Shown here in pieces: positions 55,319 to 64,000 of a stretch of 64,000 bases of DNA. Origin of the DNA: Candidatus Sericytochromatia bacterium (GTDB lineage: Bacteria; Cyanobacteriota; Sericytochromatia; S15B-MN24; JAQBPE01); the NCBI GenBank assembly GCA_035284745.1, contig JAYKIL010000008.1:197087-261086 (forward strand), given 5' to 3'. Each line of letters opens with the position of its first letter. The stretch's first letter is position 1. Under the pieces are notes generated by a model that was given only the letters and a program-made list of their open reading frames with translations, was not told the origin of the DNA and did no database searches. The position numbers were made by a program, and so were the translations under genes.

Positions 55319-56698
55319 GTGAAATGTCCGCAAAATTTACACTTCATTGGTATCGGTGGCGCGGGGATGAGTGCGGTGGCTTATGTCTGCCATCACGAGG
55401 GAATGCGAGTCAGTGGCACAGATGCTCATGCCTCGCCCGCCGTTCGGCGCCTCCAAGGGCTTGGTTTACCGGTTGAGATCGGTCATCACGCGGCACACGT
55501 TCCGTTAGAGGCGCAGGCCATTGTGGTGTCCACGGCGGTCCCACGTGATAACCCGGAAATCGTCGAGGCTGAGCGCCGCGGGTTACCTGTCATGCATCGC
55601 TCGGAGGTTCTTGGCGCGTTAATGGCACAGAAAGACAGTTTCGCCGTCACGGGGACCCACGGAAAAACGACAACGAGCGGGATGTTGTCATCCATCCTCA
55701 TTGAAGCCGGAAAAGACCCCTCCGTGTTGCTTGGGGGTGACCTGCCGAGCATGGGCGGAAATGCGCGTGCCGGCAAGGGGCCCCACTTGGTTGCAGAAGC
55801 GGATGAGAGCGATAAGTCTCTGGTCAATCTCTGCGCAAGAATTGTTATCGTGACCAACCTCGAAGGGGACCATTTAGAGCATTATCGCGATCTTGACGAG
55901 ATTATCGATGTCGTAGCGAAATTTATTAACGCATTGCCGCAGGGGTCCTCGGTCGTGGCCTGTATTGATGACGCAGGGGTGAAAAAGCTTCTCGCAAACG
56001 TCAGGGTTCCCGTCGTCACTTATGGCCTGTCAGATTCTGCAGACTATTCGATTGATGCGATCGAATTAAAAGCGACGGGTTCCACGTTCCAGGTCCGTGG
56101 CTGCGAGATAAATTTACAGGTCTCAGGGCAGCACAACGTATTGAACGCAACGGCAGCCCTCGCGGCGGCCGATCTTGCAGGCGTTGCTCCCCAAGAGTCT
56201 CGTCTTGGTCTCTTCAGCTTCACGGGAGTGAAGCGGCGTTTTCAGACCGTGGGGCAGGTGGCTGGAGTCACCGTCGTCGATGACTATGCTCACCATCCCT
56301 CGGAGGTAAAGGCCACCTTGGCGGCTGCGCGCCTCCTGGGGCGGCCTATTCGTGCCGTTTTTCAGCCCCATCGACACTCCAGGCTGCAGGCCCTCATTGG
56401 TGAATTTGCGACCTCGTTTTCTGGCGTCTCTAGCCTGACCGTTTTGAGTACCTATTCTGCAGGGGAAGCCCCTCGGGGTGTTGATGCAGGCGCGTTGGTC
56501 GACCTCGTACGATCGATCGATCCAACGTTTCCGGTGAATTACTGCCCCCAGATGTCGCAGGCCATCGAATATTTGTTAGAGTCCGTCGCGCCAGGCGATC
56601 TGGTTCTGCTGCTTGGAGCGGGCGATGTTTATTTGGTCGCTCAACCCCTTCTTGGCGCGCTGGAGAGTCGCTTCAATCCTGCCGCGCAGTCGGCCTAG
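55319..56698 (+). CDS. murC: UDP-N-acetylmuramate--L-alanine ligase
   Basis: HFIGIGGAGMSAVA Rossmann motif, P-loop VTGTHGKTTTSGM. 459 aa. Confidence 0.85.
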   Translation: MKCPQNLHFIGIGGAGMSAVAYVCHHEGMRVSGTDAHASPAVRRLQGLGLPVEIGHHAAHVPLEAQAIVVSTAVPRDNPEIVEAERRGLPVMHRSEVLGALMAQKDSFAVTGTHGKTTTSGMLSSILIEAGKDPSVLLGGDLPSMGGNARAGKGPHLVAEADESDKSLVNLCARIVIVTNLEGDHLEHYRDLDEIIDVVAKFINALPQGSSVVACIDDAGVKKLLANVRVPVVTYGLSDSADYSIDAIELKATGSTFQVRGCEINLQVSGQHNVLNATAALAAADLAGVAPQESRLGLFSFTGVKRRFQTVGQVAGVTVVDDYAHHPSEVKATLAAARLLGRPIRAVFQPHRHSRLQALIGEFATSFSGVSSLTVLSTYSAGEAPRGVDAGALVDLVRSIDPTFPVNYCPQMSQAIEYLLESVAPGDLVLLLGAGDVYLVAQPLLGALESRFNPAAQSA

Positions 56699-56714
56699 TT
56701 TGGGTGCCTGCTGA

Positions 56715-57638
56715 TTGAAAGGCGCTGGTGTGTCCATACCTGCAGATATCCAACACAACGTGAATTTGGCCCCCTACACGACGTGGCAGGTCGGTGGTGC
56801 AGCCCAGTATTTTCTCGAACCGAAAAACAAAGAGGTGCTGCGCGAGGCGTTTTGTTGGGCCCTTGAGAACAAGGTTAATTGGTACGTCATGGGGCGGGGG
56901 AGTAACCTGCTGGTTTCCGATGAGGGTTTTCGTGGCTTGGTGATCCGGCTGGGGGCAGCGTTTAGTCAGATCGCGATAGAGCCCGACGGGGATAATGCTC
57001 GAATCCGTGCCCAGGCGGGGCTCCCCTGCGCTCAGTTCGTCGTGAAGACAAACCAGGCGGGCTTTGGCGGCCTTGAACCACTGGTCGGTGTTCCAGGCAG
57101 TATCGGGGGCGCCGTTGCAATGAATGCGGGGGCTCACGGAGTTTCAGTCTCCGATTTGATGCTCGAAGGCACAGTTCTTCTGCCTTCCGGCGAAATGGTT
57201 GTGTGGGACAGGGAGGAATTTGGCTTTTCATATCGCCACAGTCGATTGCAGGGCCTCGGAGGGGTTTTTATCGAAGGCGTATGGCACTTGCCACGCGTCG
57301 AGGTGCCTTCAGCGAAAGAACGTGTGCGCGAACTTCAGCGCTGGCGACACGAAAAACAGCCCACTAATTTTCCCTCGGGCGGCAGCACCTTTCGCAATCC
57401 TGATGGGGGTCACCCCAGCGCCGGCTCATTGATTGAGTCCGTGGGGGGAAAGGGGCTTCGAGAAGGCAATGCACAGGTCTCCGAGAAGCACGCGAACTTT
57501 ATCGTGAATTGTGGAGGCGCCAAGGCGGTAGAGATTAATGCCCTGATCGTGACTTTGCAGCAGCGGGTGTATGATACATACGGAGTGAGGCTTGTGCCCG
57601 AAGTCATGGGTTTAGGAATGCAAGTTGGCGAACTTTGA
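56715..57638 (+). CDS. murB: UDP-N-acetylenolpyruvoylglucosamine reductase
   Basis: FAD-binding NLAPYTTWQVGGAAQYF...GRGSNLLVSD. Confidence 0.85.
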   Translation: MKGAGVSIPADIQHNVNLAPYTTWQVGGAAQYFLEPKNKEVLREAFCWALENKVNWYVMGRGSNLLVSDEGFRGLVIRLGAAFSQIAIEPDGDNARIRAQAGLPCAQFVVKTNQAGFGGLEPLVGVPGSIGGAVAMNAGAHGVSVSDLMLEGTVLLPSGEMVVWDREEFGFSYRHSRLQGLGGVFIEGVWHLPRVEVPSAKERVRELQRWRHEKQPTNFPSGGSTFRNPDGGHPSAGSLIESVGGKGLREGNAQVSEKHANFIVNCGGAKAVEINALIVTLQQRVYDTYGVRLVPEVMGLGMQVGEL

Positions 57639-58563
57639 CCCCTCACGGCGTGCAGGTGACCGCAGGCTTCGCTCAGGCGAAGGGCCCCCAGCAAATGCCG
57701 AATTAGGAGCGATTGCGGAAAAGCCCTCCATTCGTCCTGCATTGGCAAGACGCCGGTCTCGCAGGGGGACCCGTCGGCGGCGTGCTCTTCTGAGGCGTTT
57801 GGTTGCCGTGTTTGCGCTGGCCGCTATCGGGTTCCTGTGGTTGGGGTCTTTTTGGCGATGGGAAGGCCTGATGACGGTGACAGGAAATCGCCTTGTGAGC
57901 CGGCAGGAAATTTTCTCTCGGCTCTTCATCCCCCAGAATAGGCCACTGTATTCTCTGAACCCGCGAACTATCTCTGCCCAATTGTCTGCGCTTCCTCCCA
58001 TTGAAGAGGTGGTCATCCAGCGCTGGCTCTTTCCGCCGCGGCTTGATGTGACAATTGTCGAACGAGATGCGTTTGTGGCCGTCGTGAATTCCTCTCAAGA
58101 TATGACAGCACGTTGGATTGACCGCGCGGGGGTAGTGTTTCAAGCTCCCGTTGCCCGGATGACACCACGATTTTCTGTTCAAGTCTGGACCAACGCGCAG
58201 CCAGGAGAAAGAATCCCGCCGAAGTTACAGGCCCACCTGCTTGAATTACTTGCAATTTGGCCCAAAGGGCTGACTGGACGAATTGACCTACGTAACGAGA
58301 AGGATATCTTTCTGAGTTACAGCAATTGGCCGGTGCGGCTTGGGGCCCCAGAGGAGGCCACCTTAAAGGTGGCCATCCTGCAAGAGCTCATACCCCTCGC
58401 CGAGCCTTATCGGGAGCGCCTCAAGTACATCAACCTTCGCTTTCCCCTGAATCCCACCCTGGTTTTAAAATCAGGGGACGAGGTGAAGGTTGAGAAGGAC
58501 AGTGAGAGCCCTCGGGTGTCTCCGTCGGTGAAACCTTCTGAAAAGTCTCCTCAGGCCCGTTGA
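57625..58563 (+). CDS. ftsQ: cell-division protein FtsQ/DivIB (POTRA domain)
   Basis: Cytoplasmic basic N-terminus, single TM, POTRA-like VTGNRLVSRQEIFSRL...PIEEVVIQRWLFPPRLDVTIVER. Confidence 0.65.
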   Translation: MANFDPSRRAGDRRLRSGEGPPANAELGAIAEKPSIRPALARRRSRRGTRRRRALLRRLVAVFALAAIGFLWLGSFWRWEGLMTVTGNRLVSRQEIFSRLFIPQNRPLYSLNPRTISAQLSALPPIEEVVIQRWLFPPRLDVTIVERDAFVAVVNSSQDMTARWIDRAGVVFQAPVARMTPRFSVQVWTNAQPGERIPPKLQAHLLELLAIWPKGLTGRIDLRNEKDIFLSYSNWPVRLGAPEEATLKVAILQELIPLAEPYRERLKYINLRFPLNPTLVLKSGDEVKVEKDSESPRVSPSVKPSEKSPQAR

Positions 58564-59261
58564 AAGTTGGACCGTTTGTGCAGAATTGGATTGTCCCTGT
58601 AACGCTTATTGCTGGTCTTTCGGGTACTTTGATTGTCGCGCAAATAAAGACCCAGGCCGCCTACCGAGACGACCTCCCCAGTCGACGTGTTGAAGAACTG
58701 GTATTAATGCTCAAGGATGCCGAGGCCGAGAACAGTCGATTGCAGGCCCAGGTGGAAAGCTTGCGAGAGGGCATTAAGGAGGCAGGGAAGCCGGTCCAAG
58801 CGGCCAAATTGGTCGCGGCCCGAGAGTTGGCTCTCACGGGTACGGGCATCGAAATTGAGATTTCGGACAGTGCAAAACCCCTTGGCAAGGGGGAAAACCC
58901 CAATATCGCAATTGTTCACAATGAAGACCTGCTAAAAATTATCAACGAACTTCGAGCCAGTGGAGCGGAGGCCCTTTCAATTAACGATCAACGTCTCATT
59001 GAAATGTCTGAAATCAGCTGCGCCGGTCCCACCATATTGGTGAACAAGTCCCGACTGGCACCCCCTTTTGTCATCAGAGCGATTGGAGATGCCACAACAA
59101 TGTTGGCGGCGTTACAATTACGAGGCGGAGTGGTCGAATACTTGCAATTCTATGGGATCCAAGTTACGATTTCCAAGAAATCCGATATCCAAGTCCCTAT
59201 GTACGTTGGCGGCGCTTCATATCAGTATGCGCGTCCGCTCTCATCCAGAAAAGCGACATGA
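58560..59261 (+). CDS. DUF881-family membrane protein (YlxW/YlxX-like, dcw-cluster associated)
   Basis: N-terminal TM, coiled-coil (LKDAEAENSRLQAQVESLRE), C-terminal beta-rich domain. Position between ftsQ and sbp as in Firmicutes. Confidence 0.55.
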   Translation: MKVGPFVQNWIVPVTLIAGLSGTLIVAQIKTQAAYRDDLPSRRVEELVLMLKDAEAENSRLQAQVESLREGIKEAGKPVQAAKLVAARELALTGTGIEIEISDSAKPLGKGENPNIAIVHNEDLLKIINELRASGAEALSINDQRLIEMSEISCAGPTILVNKSRLAPPFVIRAIGDATTMLAALQLRGGVVEYLQFYGIQVTISKKSDIQVPMYVGGASYQYARPLSSRKAT

Positions 59262-59611
59262 CAAGCGCGGTGGTGCTACCTTTACTTGGTCTCGTTGCGG
59301 GAATTGGGTTAGGGGTAGTGGCGCCAGTAAGCATTCCGCATTCCTTGGCAAAATATACGGCGGTTGCAATACTCGCGGCATTGGACACTGGTTTAGGGGG
59401 GATCAGGGCAGGCCTTGAAGACAGGTTCGACCTTACGTCATTCGTGAGCGGATTTACCTTCAACTCTTTGCTCGCCGCCGCCCTCACCTACTTGGGCGAT
59501 ATGCTGGGGATCGATCTGTATCTTGCTGCTGTAGTTGTGTTCGGCGTCAGGTTGTTCGATAATTCCGCAGTGGTTCGCCGGTTGGTAGTCAATCGATTTT
59601 GGTCACAATGA
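59258..59611 (+). CDS. sbp: small basic protein Sbp (DUF1290) homologue
   Basis: 117-aa 4-TM protein immediately upstream of ftsZ. Start overlaps the DUF881 stop. Confidence 0.5.
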   Translation: MTSAVVLPLLGLVAGIGLGVVAPVSIPHSLAKYTAVAILAALDTGLGGIRAGLEDRFDLTSFVSGFTFNSLLAAALTYLGDMLGIDLYLAAVVVFGVRLFDNSAVVRRLVVNRFWSQ

Positions 59612-59681
59612 CATCAAAATAAGGAAGGGGGATGTCGGCTTCCGCCCAATGTAAAGCACTGGGGCGTCCCGACTGAACGCG

Positions 59682-60857
59682 GTGCCTGAGAGAAACGATA
59701 AGCTCAATAACGTAGCCAATATTAAGGTCATTGGTGTAGGCGGAGGCGGTTCCAACGCTGTCAACCGAATGATCGAAAATGGGTTGACGGGGGTTGAATT
59801 TTGGACCGTCAACACCGATGCGCAAGCGTTGGCGTTAGCAAAGGCTGAACGCAAACTGCAGATTGGTCAAAAAATTACACGAGGCCTAGGCGCCGGCGGG
59901 AACCCTGAGGTGGGACGCAAGGCCGCTGAGGAAAGTCGGGAAGATCTGGTGGAAGCCCTTGAGGGCGCCGACATGGTGTTCATCACGGCAGGAATGGGTG
60001 GCGGAACTGGCACCGGGGCGGCGCCCGTTGTCGCCGAGGTCGCCCGGCAAGTGGGGGCCCTGACCGTTGGGGTTGTCACCCGTCCTTTCATGTTTGAGGG
60101 ACGGAGACGTTCGGTGCAAGCCACCGACGGCATTGCGTCCATCAAAGATGCCGTCGACACGTTAATCGTTATTCCCAACGACAAGCTGTTGCAGGTGGTC
60201 GAGAAAAGAACCACCATGCAAGAGGCGTTCCAGATTGCTGATGACGTCCTGCGTCAGGGCGTTCAGGGAATTTCGGACATCATTACAATTCCCGGCTTGA
60301 TTAATGTGGACTTCGCGGACGTGAAGGCCATCATGAACAGTTCAGGTTCCGCCCTGATGGGCATCGGGTCCGCAAGTGGTGAAGGGCGCGCCGTCGAGGC
60401 GGCCCGGCTTGCGGTGAGCAGTCCTCTGCTCGAAGCCAGTGTCACAGGGGCCTGCGGCGTAATCTTCAACGTGACAGGGGGTGCGGACCTCACGCTTCAC
60501 GAAGTCAACGATGCAGCTGCGGTGATTTACGAATCGGTAGACAGCGAAGCCAATATCATCTTCGGAGCGGTGTTGGATGAACGACTTCACGGCGAAGTTC
60601 GTATTACCGTGATTGCTACTGGGTTTGAAAATGTGAAGTCGGGCTCCAATGGTTCGATACCTGTTCATCAACCCACACTATTGGGGCGCACTCCTTCTGG
60701 TGAGCGCTCGACCGTTCCACCGATCTTCCAAAATGCGAGAGTGGCTTCTCCGACGCCCGTGGAGGCCAGCAATGCGACAGCCGGAAGCTCTGGGGGTGGG
60801 CAAGATGGCCCAGACATTCCTGACTTCCTGCGGCAGAGCATCCGGAGGCAATTCTAA
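59682..60857 (+). CDS. ftsZ: cell-division GTPase FtsZ
   Basis: GTG start. Tubulin signature [13 protein letters not shown] and [13 protein letters not shown]. 391 aa. Confidence 0.9.
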   Translation: MPERNDKLNNVANIKVIGVGGGGSNAVNRMIENGLTGVEFWTVNTDAQALALAKAERKLQIGQKITRGLGAGGNPEVGRKAAEESREDLVEALEGADMVFITAGMGGGTGTGAAPVVAEVARQVGALTVGVVTRPFMFEGRRRSVQATDGIASIKDAVDTLIVIPNDKLLQVVEKRTTMQEAFQIADDVLRQGVQGISDIITIPGLINVDFADVKAIMNSSGSALMGIGSASGEGRAVEAARLAVSSPLLEASVTGACGVIFNVTGGADLTLHEVNDAAAVIYESVDSEANIIFGAVLDERLHGEVRITVIATGFENVKSGSNGSIPVHQPTLLGRTPSGERSTVPPIFQNARVASPTPVEASNATAGSSGGGQDGPDIPDFLRQSIRRQF

Positions 60858-60925
60858 TACTGCGAGTGGTTCGAAAATGCGGATGGCGTCCTTACAGACG
60901 CCATCACCCTGGTTAATATCGACTC

Positions 60926-60962
60926 AAGCCTCTCGCCACCCACGAGAGGCTTGTTGTGTTTT
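60926..60962 (+). terminator. rho-independent terminator downstream of ftsZ
   Basis: AAGCCTCTCG-ccaccca-CGAGAGGCTTGTTGTGTTTT. A second weaker hairpin (GATGGCGTC/GACGCCATC) at 60881-60904. Confidence 0.5.
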
Positions 60963-60991
60963 AACTCGCTGACGGTTGAAAGGACACCATC

Positions 60992-63814
60992 GTGGAGCAA
61001 ACCCAGTCGGATTCTGTTATGGATGCGAGAGACTATAAAACCACTTTGAATTTGCCACAAACTGAGTTCCCGATGCGGGCCAATTCGGCCTTGCGGGAGC
61101 CCGACTTTCAGGCCCGGTGGGACGCCATGGGTCTTTACGAAAAAATTCAGGCTCGCAGGGTCTCGGCGCCGACATTCATGCTGCACGATGGTCCGCCCTA
61201 TTTAAGTTCTCCGAACATTCACATTGGGCACGCGTTGAATCGCATCTTGAAAGACATTGTTGTGAAGTATCGTTCGCTCAATGGTTTTCGTGCCCCCTTT
61301 GTTCCTGGTTATGATTGCCATGGTCTACCCATTGAGCACGCTGTTTTACGGGACGTCGAGGGCGGACGGCACGCCATGTCCCCGATTGACCTCAGAACCA
61401 AATGTCGTGCTTTCGCGCAAAAAAATTTGGAGGGGCAGCAGCTTAAGTTTAGACGCCTCGGAGGCTTGGCTGATTGGGACCGTCCCTATTTGACGATGGA
61501 TCCGGCATTTGAAGCCAAGCAAGTGGAGGTGTTTGGTGAAATGGTTCAAAAAGGCTTCATTTATAGAGGCCTCAAGCCGGTTTACTGGTGTCCCACGTGT
61601 GAAACCGCATTGGCTGAAGCCGAAATAGAATATGTCGAAGACTTCGTGTCACCCAGTATTTATGTAAAATTTCCCCTGAAGATGACGAGTCAGGCGATGG
61701 TGGCAACCTTGGCCCGCATTCCTGAGACCGTTAATTTGGTGATCTGGACGACGACCCCGTGGACCTTGCCAGCTAATCTGGGCATCGCCGTGCATCCAAA
61801 GCTGAAATACCAAGTGATTCGAACCAAGGAGCACGGGTATTTGATGGTCGCCGCGGACCTTTTGAGTGCGTTCACTGAGGCCACAAGCATCACGGGTGAA
61901 GTGGTGGAAGAATTTTTCGGCTCGGAGCTCGAAATGCTTCAGGCCCAGCATCCCTTTTTACCGCGAACCAGTCTGGTGATTCTTGGGGACCATGTCACCG
62001 CAGAAGCAGGTACAGGCCTGGTTCACACGGCACCCGGCCATGGTGTAGAAGACTTTGAGGTGGGCAGGAAGTACAATCTACCCGTTTTCGCGCCCGTTAA
62101 CCCACAGGGTATCTTCACTGAGGAGGCAGGTGCGTTGGTTGCCGGTCTTCGATACAGCAAGGCCAACCCAATCATCACGAAAAGACTCGCAGATACCGGT
62201 TTTTTAATACACGAAAGTGACTTGCAACACTCGTACGCGCATTGTTGGCGGTGCCATAAACCCGTGATTTACCGCGGAACCGAGCAATGGTTTGCATCGG
62301 TGGATGGTTTCCGTCAAGCGGCCATCGATGCGATTCATGGCGTTAAGTGGATCCCTCAGAGTGGAGAGAAGCGGATTGAAAATATGGTGTCTCAACGTTC
62401 GGACTGGTGCATCAGTCGGCAAAGGACGTGGGGCGTACCTATTCCTATTTTCTATTGTGTAAAAGACCAGACCCCTTTAATGACCCCGGAGACGATCGAG
62501 GCCGTGCGTGCGCGTTTTGCCGTCGAAGGTTCCGATGCTTGGTGGCGACTTGATACCAGCGAGTTGCTACCGGCTGGGGCGAAATGTGAGAAGTGTGGAG
62601 GAACCGAGTTTAGAAAAGAGCAGGACATTATGGATGTCTGGTTTGACTCTGGGTCCAGTCACGCGGCCGTTTTAGACACCCGAGACGGTTTGTCTTGGCC
62701 TGCAGACCTATACATCGAGGGAACCGACCAATACCGTGGCTGGTTTCAATCTTCCTTGCTCACAGCTGTCTCAACGCGCGGAACTGCCCCTTACCGTACG
62801 GTTATCACGCACGGTTTTGTCTTGGATGAGCAAGGGCGAAAAATGTCGAAATCACTGGGCAATGTGATTGAACCGTCCAAGGTGATTGACCAGTACGGTG
62901 CAGATATTCTGCGCCTGTGGGTGACCTCGGTCGATTACAACAACGATGTACGGATTTCAGACAATATCCTGAAGCAGATGGCCGAAATTTACCGAAAAAT
63001 CCGTAATACGGCGCGGTTTATGCTGAGCAATCTGTATGACTACGATCGCACGAATGACGCCGTGCCGTTTGAAAACTTGCCGGAACTGGAGAGGTTTGCT
63101 TTGCATCGCCTTTCCACGGTGTTGAGTGACATTACAGAAGCGCTGGAGAATTACGAATTCTTTCGCTTTTATCAACTGATACAGAACTACTGCGTGGTGG
63201 ACCTTTCGAGCTTTTATTTCGACCTTCGTAAGGACACACTCTACGCGGACGCGGCAAAAAGCCATACCCGCCGGGCGGCCCAAACTGTTTTGGATATCAT
63301 TTTATCTGCCCTGGCCCGGGCCATTTCACCGGTTCTTTCACATCTCGCAGAGGATATTTGGCAACATATGCCGGCTGGGGCTCCCGCTACGGCCTCGAGC
63401 GTCTTTTTGACGGATTGGCCCCAGGCCCAAAACGACTGGAAGGACGAACAACTCGAACAAAAATGGACCCGCGCTGTTGATTGGCGAAACGTCGCATTGA
63501 AGGCGCTTGAAGAAGCGCGCCAAGGGAAACTCATTGGCGCATCTCTCGAAGCCAGGGTTCGTCTTCAACCGGGGGATGAGGGAATGGACTCGGCCCTAAG
63601 GATGTGGTCGTCCTCCGAGTTGGCGCAAATGTTTATTGTGTCTCAGGTGGTGGTGGACCCACTGTCTTCCAACCCGGCTGCCCCCCTTCAAGTGGTGGTT
63701 GAACGGGCCGACGGCGAAAAATGTCAGCGTTGTTGGGTGTATTCTCCCAGCGTTGGTGAATCCAGGGAACATCCATCTTTGTGTCAACGCTGTTGCGAAG
63801 TGGTTGTTCGTTAA
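60992..63814 (+). CDS. ileS: isoleucine--tRNA ligase
   Basis: GTG start with AAGGA RBS. HIGH motif PNIHIGHALN, KMSKS motif KMSKSLGN. C-terminal Zn-finger cysteines (CQRCW...CQRCC). 940 aa. Confidence 0.9.
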   Translation: MEQTQSDSVMDARDYKTTLNLPQTEFPMRANSALREPDFQARWDAMGLYEKIQARRVSAPTFMLHDGPPYLSSPNIHIGHALNRILKDIVVKYRSLNGFRAPFVPGYDCHGLPIEHAVLRDVEGGRHAMSPIDLRTKCRAFAQKNLEGQQLKFRRLGGLADWDRPYLTMDPAFEAKQVEVFGEMVQKGFIYRGLKPVYWCPTCETALAEAEIEYVEDFVSPSIYVKFPLKMTSQAMVATLARIPETVNLVIWTTTPWTLPANLGIAVHPKLKYQVIRTKEHGYLMVAADLLSAFTEATSITGEVVEEFFGSELEMLQAQHPFLPRTSLVILGDHVTAEAGTGLVHTAPGHGVEDFEVGRKYNLPVFAPVNPQGIFTEEAGALVAGLRYSKANPIITKRLADTGFLIHESDLQHSYAHCWRCHKPVIYRGTEQWFASVDGFRQAAIDAIHGVKWIPQSGEKRIENMVSQRSDWCISRQRTWGVPIPIFYCVKDQTPLMTPETIEAVRARFAVEGSDAWWRLDTSELLPAGAKCEKCGGTEFRKEQDIMDVWFDSGSSHAAVLDTRDGLSWPADLYIEGTDQYRGWFQSSLLTAVSTRGTAPYRTVITHGFVLDEQGRKMSKSLGNVIEPSKVIDQYGADILRLWVTSVDYNNDVRISDNILKQMAEIYRKIRNTARFMLSNLYDYDRTNDAVPFENLPELERFALHRLSTVLSDITEALENYEFFRFYQLIQNYCVVDLSSFYFDLRKDTLYADAAKSHTRRAAQTVLDIILSALARAISPVLSHLAEDIWQHMPAGAPATASSVFLTDWPQAQNDWKDEQLEQKWTRAVDWRNVALKALEEARQGKLIGASLEARVRLQPGDEGMDSALRMWSSSELAQMFIVSQVVVDPLSSNPAAPLQVVVERADGEKCQRCWVYSPSVGESREHPSLCQRCCEVVVR

Positions 63815-63830
63815 TTTTTCAAGGCGCGCT

Positions 63831-64000
63831 ATGGACAGTGATGGCCTGAGCTGGCGTTTCTATCCCTCGCCCGAGTCAATGGGAGAGGGCAACGTTTCCG
63901 ACCCAAAGGGACCGGAAGACGCTGTGCTGGACGACTGGAAACTTCGGGGAGATGAGGCACTGTTGGCGGGAGACTTCGATCTTGCGCTAGAGGCATATTT
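63831..64000 (+). CDS. start of an uncharacterised gene (partial, continues beyond window)
   Basis: ATG at 63831 (MDSDGLSWRFYPSPESMGEGN...) open to the window end, 17 nt after ileS stop. Confidence 0.3.
   Translation, partial: MDSDGLSWRFYPSPESMGEGNVSDPKGPEDAVLDDWKLRGDEALLAGDFDLALEAY

Noticed and set aside
60858-60991. Possible T-box riboswitch upstream of ileS
   Set aside because: The spacer is only 134 nt and is occupied by the ftsZ terminator hairpins. No specifier-loop or T-box sequence (AATTAGGGTGGNACCGCG) was seen.

Overview
GC-rich (about 60%) bacterial chromosomal segment, gene-dense on both strands. The lineage is uncertain; it combines Firmicutes/Chloroflexi-like traits (b6c-type split cytochrome b with a subunit IV-cytochrome c fusion, a CsaB/TagA cell-wall-polymer pyruvylation operon, a dcw cluster with DUF881 and sbp but no ftsA) with diderm signals (OM beta-barrel proteins, MurJ, an MMPL transporter).

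Layout:
- (i) 1-11.6 kb is a lipid-themed locus: a divergent MMPL/RND transporter, then a tightly overlapping five-gene plus-strand operon (GNAT-like protein, adenylating enzyme fused to a membrane domain, PpsA/Rph-like phosphotransferase, diiron oxygenase-like protein, BtaA-like SAM 3-amino-3-carboxypropyl transferase), convergent with a DAG-kinase-family lipid kinase and an outer-membrane beta-barrel. This is the best candidate for an undescribed biosynthetic or lipid-tailoring system.
- (ii) tRNA-Ser(GCU), trxA, ftsEX.
- (iii) tagA-csaB with an MshEN-domain protein, an AI-2E transporter, purine nucleoside phosphorylase.
- (iv) A tRNA-Lys/tRNA-Ser/tRNA-Lys array.
- (v) Miscellaneous envelope and TPR proteins, qcrBC, alr.
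- (vi) murJ, gmhB, a second lipid module (UPF0104 flippase-like, FadD, PlsC, amidohydrolase).
- (vii) A GAF/HD-GYP protein coupled to an orphan ABC permease.
- (viii) RNase P RNA directly upstream of a complete dcw cluster (rsmH-ftsL-ftsI-murF-mraY-murD-ftsW-murG-murC-murB-ftsQ-DUF881-sbp-ftsZ), followed by ileS.

No CRISPR array, integrase, transposase or rRNA was seen. All functional calls come from motif recognition in the translated ORFs by eye; no database search was run.
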